Below, one piece after another: positions 44,176 to 64,000 of a stretch of DNA of 64,000 nucleotides (its first letter is position 1; each line of letters starts with the position of its first letter). The position numbers and the translations under genes were made by a program. This DNA is from Macrostomum lignano. Its lineage: Eukaryota. The notes under the pieces were generated by a model that worked only from the letters and a program-made list of their open reading frames with translations, had not been told where the DNA came from and ran no database searches. Where the stretch lies: contig NIVC01000157.1 in the NCBI GenBank assembly GCA_002269645.1, positions 372,001 to 436,000 of the forward strand. Direction: 5' to 3'.

Positions 44176-44500
44176 CAGGGTGTGTGTCTTTTGGTATCTG
44201 CAGAGGTGTCCATTCAGGAGTCAGGGTGTGTGTCTTTTGGTATCTGCAGTGGTGTCCATTTAAGAGTCAGGATGTGTGTCTTTTGGTATCTGCAGTGGGG
44301 TCCATTTAAAAGTCAGGATGTGTGTCTTTTGGTATCTGCAGAGGTGTCCATTCAGGAGTCAGGGTGTGTGTCTTTTGGTATCTGCAGTGGTGTCCATTCA
44401 GGAGTCAGGGTGTGTGTCTTTTGGTATCTGCAGTGGGGTCCATTTAAGAGTCAGGATGTGTCTTTTGGTATCTGCAGAGGTGTCTATTTAGGTGTCAGGG

Positions 44501-44760
44501 TGTGGAGTTATGGGTTCTGCGAGGCAAAGTGCTTGCTATGTGAAGCGTGAAAAGTAAAGCCCTTTGGCTTGCGACAGAGTCCATATATTTATATTGTTTA
44601 GTGCAGCACATTTATTGAGTCGCACGCAGGAGTGAGATGGGGTGGTGGGTACTACAATAAATATGATTGGCTAGGCACGCATAAGAGTGGGGGCGGGGTC
44701 AGAGGGCTTGCACGTTGACTGAGAAAGTGAATAACACAAGTTTACAGTAACAATCCGACA
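44501..44760 (-). mobile_element. Solo LTR, copy 2 (260 bp, appears identical to copy 1, offset 585 bp)
   Basis: Same sequence and the same caggg flanks. Confidence 0.8.
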
Positions 44761-45509
44761 CAGGGTGTGTGTCTTTTGGTATCTGCAGAGGTGTCCATTC
44801 AGGAGTCAGGGTGTGTGTCTTTTGGTATCTGCAGTGGTGTCCATTTAAGAGTCAGGATGTGTGTCTTTTGGTATCTGCAGTGGGGTCCATTTAAGAGTCA
44901 GGATGTGTGTCTTTTGGTATCTGCAGAGGTGTCCATTCAGGAGTCAGGTTGTGTGTCTTTTGGTATCTGCAGAGGTGTCCATTCAGGAGTCAGGTTGTGT
45001 GTCTTTTGGTATCTGCAGTGGTGTCCATTTAAGAGTCAGGATGTGTCTTTTTGTATCTGCAGTAGTGTCGATTCAGGAGTCAGGGTGTGTGTCTTTTGGT
45101 ATCTGCAGTGGTGTCCATTCAGGAGTCAGGGTGTGTGTCTTTTGGTATCTGCTGTATTGTCAATTTAGGGTATGTCTTTTGGTATCTTTGCAGTAGTCCA
45201 TTTGAGGTCAGGGTGCCTTTGGGTATCTGCATCAGTGTCCATTCAGGTGTCAGCGGATTCCACCAGCAAAAGTGCAAAGTTGCTTTCTAATTTATTTAAC
45301 ACTAGCTGTGCAGTTGAGCTGTCTCAGCAAACAACTGCAGGACTGAGTGGTCTCAGGTTGACAGTGAAAGTCTTGAATATTCACGCGGGGTATTGAGCAG
45401 CCTGAGCATATTGATTTTAGTCAGCGCGGCTCTTCTGTCTAACCAAGACATCTATATAGACGAGTGCGCTGCTTAGTGGGCTGACAGCTTGAGCTGCAGT
45501 GGCTGAAAA

Positions 45510-45982
<473 letters not shown>

Positions 45983-46352
45983 AACAGTTCGCATTCACTT
46001 TAATAAGCATTCACTATCCTGCACAAAAGCAGGCATGCAAGATAAATTAGTGCTGTACAACAGAGCCCACGTACTTTTTTAAAACTCGAATGGACGTCTC
46101 TCAGTGGAGAGAGGGGTAGAAGCGCAGCGATGGACTTATCAGGGTTAAGCTAATAGCGTTTCAGCCTGTACTTACGAGATTGCAGGCCAGCTGTGCGCAC
46201 TGCAATGATGCAAATTTAATACCTTGTTATCTATCCGTTGGGGCCATGCAGCTACAGAACTAGCAGCATTTCTTAATATTTATTAGCCTACGCCACTAAA
46301 GTTTTGATGAAGTTTCGTTTGAAGCTCACCTGTTTGCTTAATCACAATTGAC

Positions 46353-49300
46353 ATGTCACAGAGCTGCAGTGAGCAGCTGTCGGCTGCCATGTCTACAGCT
46401 GGGTTTAAATTGGCCAACGCCCGCATTCAAATCGGTCATGCTCGGGCCTTCGAGGAGATGATTCGGTCGGCTACTCATTGCGATCGATTTTTCGTGTTCG
46501 GCAGCTTCTGCGACGGCTGGGGCAGCTGCCTGACGCGGCTGGATGGCAGAGTCGAGGACGACTCGGATGTGGATGTCAGCTTCTTCCTGGACTTGAAGCC
46601 GCTGCATCTGAACTCGGCAACTTGTCCCAGCTGCACCGCGGGTGGAGAAGGACAACCGACTCCAGCTGTCTACAGTGACGGTCACGTTCCATTCAACCAC
46701 GACCGTGAGTCTGGCATCGGTATTAAAAGTGCTTTCAGTACAATGGCTTTCGACCACGAGGGTATTTTAATTGTTTTCTTCATGGTGAGCAATTTGGTGC
46801 AGAGCTGATGAAGTCTATTGTGAGACAGAGTGCCTGTGGTTGCCATCAGTTGACGCCGATATGAGTATTGCACAGTCGATTTCACTGCGCTAATCCTCGT
46901 CTCATTCTAAATCTTGCCAAGCGGATTAAGCCATCTCAGAGATTGTATGCGAAATCTATGTGCTACAGTACATCTTGTGTGAGTGTGTGCCTGCTTTTAG
47001 GGTCACCGGATAACCGCAGGGTTCCTGGTCCCCCAGTAAAATCTTATGACTCAGCTTTCATCCGGATGTCATTCATTGTAGTCAGCCAGCCAAACCTGGA
47101 TATCCCGAAGTCTGACGCCGCAGTCGCCTTCGATTTTATCATGGTTGTGCCCTGCTGCGGCTACCCCCGCATCAAGCTGCTGCAGCCCGGCTACTCAAAC
47201 CGCAGAGGCCAGCCGTCCCAGATGCCCGCTGGCATTCTGAGGACGATCAGAGAGGAGGTTCTCGGCAGCTCACCCAGGTGCCACGCGGTCACTGCGTCGC
47301 CTCCGGGCCAACAGGGACATCATGTTCGGGTGAGCACAACCCTGCTGGAGAGAGCCATCATGCACAGCCTCACCATCGAGCAGGGCCAGTTCTTTATCAT
47401 CGTCAAGTTCCTCATCAAGAAGGTGATCAGAAATAAAATGAGCGGTCTGAAGACGTACGTAGCCAAGAACCTGCTGTTTTATATGCTCGATGAGACGCCG
47501 GAAGAAGACTGGAAGCCAGAGAATTTGCTGCAACACGTGCGGAGGTCGCTGCAGCTGCTCGTAGAAATGATGGAGAGCTCAGACTTCGAGGATGTGTGCA
47601 TGAAGCACTTCTTCCTGCGCGATGCCAATGTGTACTTTAAGAATGGTCACAGCTCAAAATCTGATATAAAAGAGGCTGTGAACGAGATTTCTGACAATCT
47701 AACTCGGTACGTTAGGCTGTTTAAGAGCAGTCTGTATCCAAAGGCGGTTGAGTCAGTTGAGTTCTACATCTTCTTTCCGCTGGCCGGTTTGCTGGAAATC
47801 CTCAGCTCCGACGCCATAAATCAGTACGATGACGCGTACAAATTCTCCATAAAGGTCTACGCGAAGCTGCTCGACAGCGAAGCTGACGTTTCGCTCGACG
47901 AGGGCCAACAGCAGGAGCTTCTAGAAGACATCGGCAGAATTCCTGACTGCGCCAGTATCGTCAAGCGGATGCTGAAGTCACTTTGGTCAGCAAAGTTCCG
48001 CAACTCGCAAAGGTCAGCAGAGGTGGCTGACAGCGACTTGGTCATTACCGGGATCCCCAGTCATGAGGTCATGACAGTCGAGCAGGCGAAGTCAATGTCG
48101 CTGGAGAAGCTGCAGCAGTCCGGCATGCTGGACTTCGAGTTGACGCCCGATGGCAGGCGGATATCCCGGTTCCCACTGCTGGAGGATCTGGTTTCTGGAC
48201 TTCCGCACCTCCTGAAGCTCTGCTACGACTACAGCACTGGCAGCAGCCAGCGTTTTCCTTCTCTGCTGCAGGACGGCATCATAGTCTGCAGCTTTGTGTC
48301 GAGAAGTCGGCTGCTTCAGCGCCTGCTGTTGAACCGCGTTAGTATCTCATTTTGTTTGCTCTTTTCCTCGGCGCCACCCCTCTGGCGGTGGCTTACGGGG
48401 AATGCAGGAACCAGGGAGCTGAGCACCAGGAGACAGGAGTGCCTACCAAGAGACAGAGGCACCTACCAAGAGACAGAGGCACCTACCAAGAGACAGGGAC
48501 GTCTACCAAGAGACAGAGGCACCTACCAAGAGACAGGGACGTCTACCAAGAGACAGAGGCACCTACCAAGAGACAGGGGCGCCCACCAAGAGACAGAGGC
48601 ACCCACCAAGAGACAGGGGCGCCCACAAAGAGACAGGGGCGCCTACCAAGAGACAGGGACGTCTACTAAGAGACAGGGGCGCCCACTAAGAGACAGGGGC
48701 GCCCACCAAGAGACAGAGGCACCCACCAAGAGACAGGGGCGCCCACAAAGAGACAGGGGCGCCTACCAAGAGACAGGGACGTCTACTAAGAGACAGGGGC
48801 GCCCACAAAGAGACAGGGGCGCCCACCAAGAGACAGAGGCACCCACCAAGAGACAGGGGCGCCCACCAAGAGACAGGGGCACCCACCAAGAGACAGGGGC
48901 GCCCACAAAGAGACAGGGGCACCCACCAAGAGACAGGGCGCCCACTAAGAGACAGGGGCGCCTACTAAGAGACGAGGGCGTCCACCAAGAGACGGGCCGG
49001 GCGTTCACCAAGAGACAGGGGCGCCCACCAAGAGACAGGGGCGCCCACAAAGAGACAGGGGCACCCACCAAGAGACAGGGCGCCCACTAAGAGACAGGGG
49101 CGCCTACTAAGAGACGAGGGCGTCCACCAAGAGACGGGCCGGGCGTTCACCAAGAGACAGGGGCGCCCACAAAGAGACAGGGGCACCCACCAAGAGACAG
49201 GGGCGCCCACCAAGAGACAGGGACGTCTACCAAGAGACAGAGGCACCTACCAAGAGACAGGGGCGCCCACCAAGAGACAGAGGCACCCACCAAGAGACAG

Positions 49301-50767
49301 GGGCGCCCACAAAGAGACAGGGGCGCCTACCAAGAGACAGGGACGTCTACTAAGAGACAGGGGCGCCCACCAAGAGACAGGGGCGCCCACCAAGAGACGG
49401 GCCGGGCGTTCACCAAGAGACAGGGGCACCCACCAAGAGACAGGGGCGCCCACTAAGAGACAGGGGCGCCCACCAAGAGACAGGGGCGCCCACCAAGAGA
49501 CGGGCCGGGCGTTCACCAAGAGACAGGGGCGCCCACAAAGAGACAGGGGCGCCCACCAAGAGACAGGGGCACCCACCAAGAGACAGGGGCGCCCACTAAG
49601 AGACAGGGGCGCCCACCAAGAGACAGAGGCACCCACCAAGAGACAGGGGCGCCCACAAAGAGACAGGGGCGCCTACCAAGAGACAGGGACGTCTACTAAG
49701 AGACAGGGGCGCCCACTAAGAGACAGGGGCGCCCACAAAGAGACAGGGGCACCCACCAAGAGACAGGGGCGCCCACCAAGAGACGGGCCGGGCGTTCACC
49801 AAGAGACAGGGGCGCCCACAAAGAGACAGGGGCACCCACCAAGAGACAGGGGCGCCCACTAAGAGACAGGGGCGCCCACCAAGAGACAGAGGCGCCCACC
49901 AAGAGACAGGGGCGCCCACCAGGAGACAGGGCGCTCACCAAGAGACTCCCAGGAAAGAATTAAAGTCTCTCTTGAATAGTCTTCAAAAGTTTCTAAAATA
50001 TTTTGCCACTGGAAACCCCATACAGTACATGTAAAAACAAGTTTTATCACTTTGTTTATTATTATGTAATTTTGTGCTTCATTTCTTACCGTTTACCAGC
50101 CGCAGCTACTCGAGCGACTCACGTATCGTTGCGGCGAATTGAAAGACGTCTTTAGGAGGCTTCTCAGTGGAAGCAGTTTTCTGCGGCACACTACTAGCAG
50201 TAGCAGTAGCGCTAGCGCAGAAATGGACGCTACCCACGCCAATGCAATCGCCGCTCTGGTCTATGTAATCTGCTTTATCAGACAGGTTTGGTTGAATTCT
50301 TGGATATAAATTTTAAATCATTTGGGCATGCAAACTTTGTAATCAAGTAGAGATAGGGGGCGCCAAAGTAGAGATAGGGGGCGCCAAAGTAGAGATAGGG
50401 GGTGCCAAAGTAGAGATAGGGAGCGCCAAAGAAGAGATAGGGAGCGCCAAAGAAGAGATAGGGGTGCCAAAGTAGAGATGGGGGCGCCAAAGTAGAGATG
50501 GGGGCGCTAAAGTAGAGATGGGGAGCGCTAAAGTAGAGATGGGGGCGCTAAAGTAGAGATGGGGAGCGCCAAAGTAGAGATGGGGGAGCGCTAAAGTAGA
50601 GATGGGGAGCGCCAAAGTAGAAATTAAATTTGATTATGCAATCAGAGAGCGTGTTAAACCGATTTGCTTTTAACCAACTTCAGACCCAAGCGCTCCAGTG
50701 GATTTGCCTGCAGCTGAAAATTCTACAGCTGATTGAAGCTTGTCGCCGCGGTGGTGACTTCCAGTGA
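46353..50767 (+). CDS. Mab-21/cGAS-like receptor (cGLR-type nucleotidyltransferase) with a helical C-terminal extension, ~671 aa, 4 exons
   Basis: join(46353..46761,47001..48337,50100..50285,50684..50767); phases 1, 0, 0; total 2016 nt. Motifs: FVFGSFCDGW (GS loop), DDSDVDVSF (DxD), FDFIMVVPC (third Asp), RVSTTLLERAIM, LKTYVAKNLLFY, W..ENL, HFFLRDANV. An alternative in-phase acceptor lies at 47081. Confidence 0.82.
48426..49945. repeat. 19-20-bp minisatellite (caagagacaggggcgcccac) in cGLR intron 2
   Basis: Direct reading. Confidence 0.96.
50346..50620. repeat. ~20-bp minisatellite (gcgccaaagtagagat(a/g)ggg) in cGLR intron 3
   Basis: Direct reading. Confidence 0.93.
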
Positions 50768-51332
50768 AAATTCGAAATTTGTTAAAATGCGAACAAATAT
50801 CCGAAGAACTTGTCCTACAGAGCTATATTTAATTTTAGTCAGCCTAGTTACTTTTGCAATAATCAGCGCTTCATTTATTCAGAAGCTTATTTCGTTGTAG
50901 CAAAAAACAGTAAAAAATTCAAATCAATGACATTATGGTTATTTTTTCAATATCAGAATAAAAGTGTATTTTAAAAATAAAAACGTTTTTAATTGTCACT
51001 GCAAATAAAAAACCAACTTCTTGATTAAAAGTTTCAGTGTGCATGTTGAAGTAAAAAGGCACTGTGACTAGAAAAAAAAGTTTGTGAATTGCGTTAGTTA
51101 AGTGACGAAAAAGGTCTATCTATTTAAAGCCGGAAAGAATTGAATCGCAAAAAAGCGCGTGAGTTTAAAAAACGTTCGAAAAAAATACAGTGACTTTATT
51201 CTAACAAAAGCTACTATTTTGTGAATAAAAGTAAATCTTTTTGTTCAAAAACGAATTCAATAATTTTTAAAGGTGACATTGTTGAAATAGTTTGTCGATT
51301 TCTGCTTGGTGAAAAATCAATCCTTATCGGAG

Positions 51333-64000
<12,668 letters not shown>

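Larger units (their letters stand above)
43396..45250. repeat. 46-bp minisatellite array (ttcaggagtcagggtgtgtgtcttttggtatctgcagtggtgtcca) carrying a SINE and two solo LTRs
   Basis: Period of 46 measured at 44351 and 44397. Confidence 0.93.

Noticed and set aside
43916-44760. Intact miniature LTR element (TRIM)
   Set aside because: The interval between the LTRs is host satellite and each LTR has its own TSD, so this is a duplicated solo LTR.
48338-49090. C-terminal repeat extension of the 740-aa ORF 46868..49090
   Set aside because: A phase-0 donor (CGC|gttagt) at 48337 matches downstream exons at 50100 and 50684. The N-terminal part of that ORF (46868-47000) is also intronic.

Overview
This is eukaryotic, almost certainly animal, genomic DNA with GT-AG introns. 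About a quarter of the window (summed by eye) is micro- or minisatellite. That, with GC-rich coding exons, is the pattern known for the flatworm Macrostomum lignano, but the species is an inference. Genes, in order: (1) two tandem six-exon FMOs of the bacterial trimethylamine-monooxygenase type on the minus strand, separated by a decayed tyrosine-recombinase (Ngaro/DIRS-order) retrotransposon; (2) two tandem secreted lysenin-like proteins (aerolysin-type module plus beta-trefoil), each with a 9-nt first coding exon, which is the most striking find; (3) a small orphan secreted FN3-like protein; (4) an intron-less DNase II/plancitoxin-like gene; (5) exons of a probable prohormone-like secreted protein; (6) a four-exon Mab-21/cGAS-like nucleotidyltransferase with an intact catalytic triad; (7) the 3' ~12.7 kb of an axonemal inner-arm dynein heavy chain (DNAH7-like). 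Mobile DNA includes a Ty3/Gypsy element with a collapsed 5' LTR, a tRNA-derived SINE with a 14-bp TSD, a duplicated solo LTR, a hAT MITE, a mariner fragment and a Penelope-type minimal hammerhead ribozyme motif. All protein comparisons were made by eye against remembered family sequences and motifs; no search was run.
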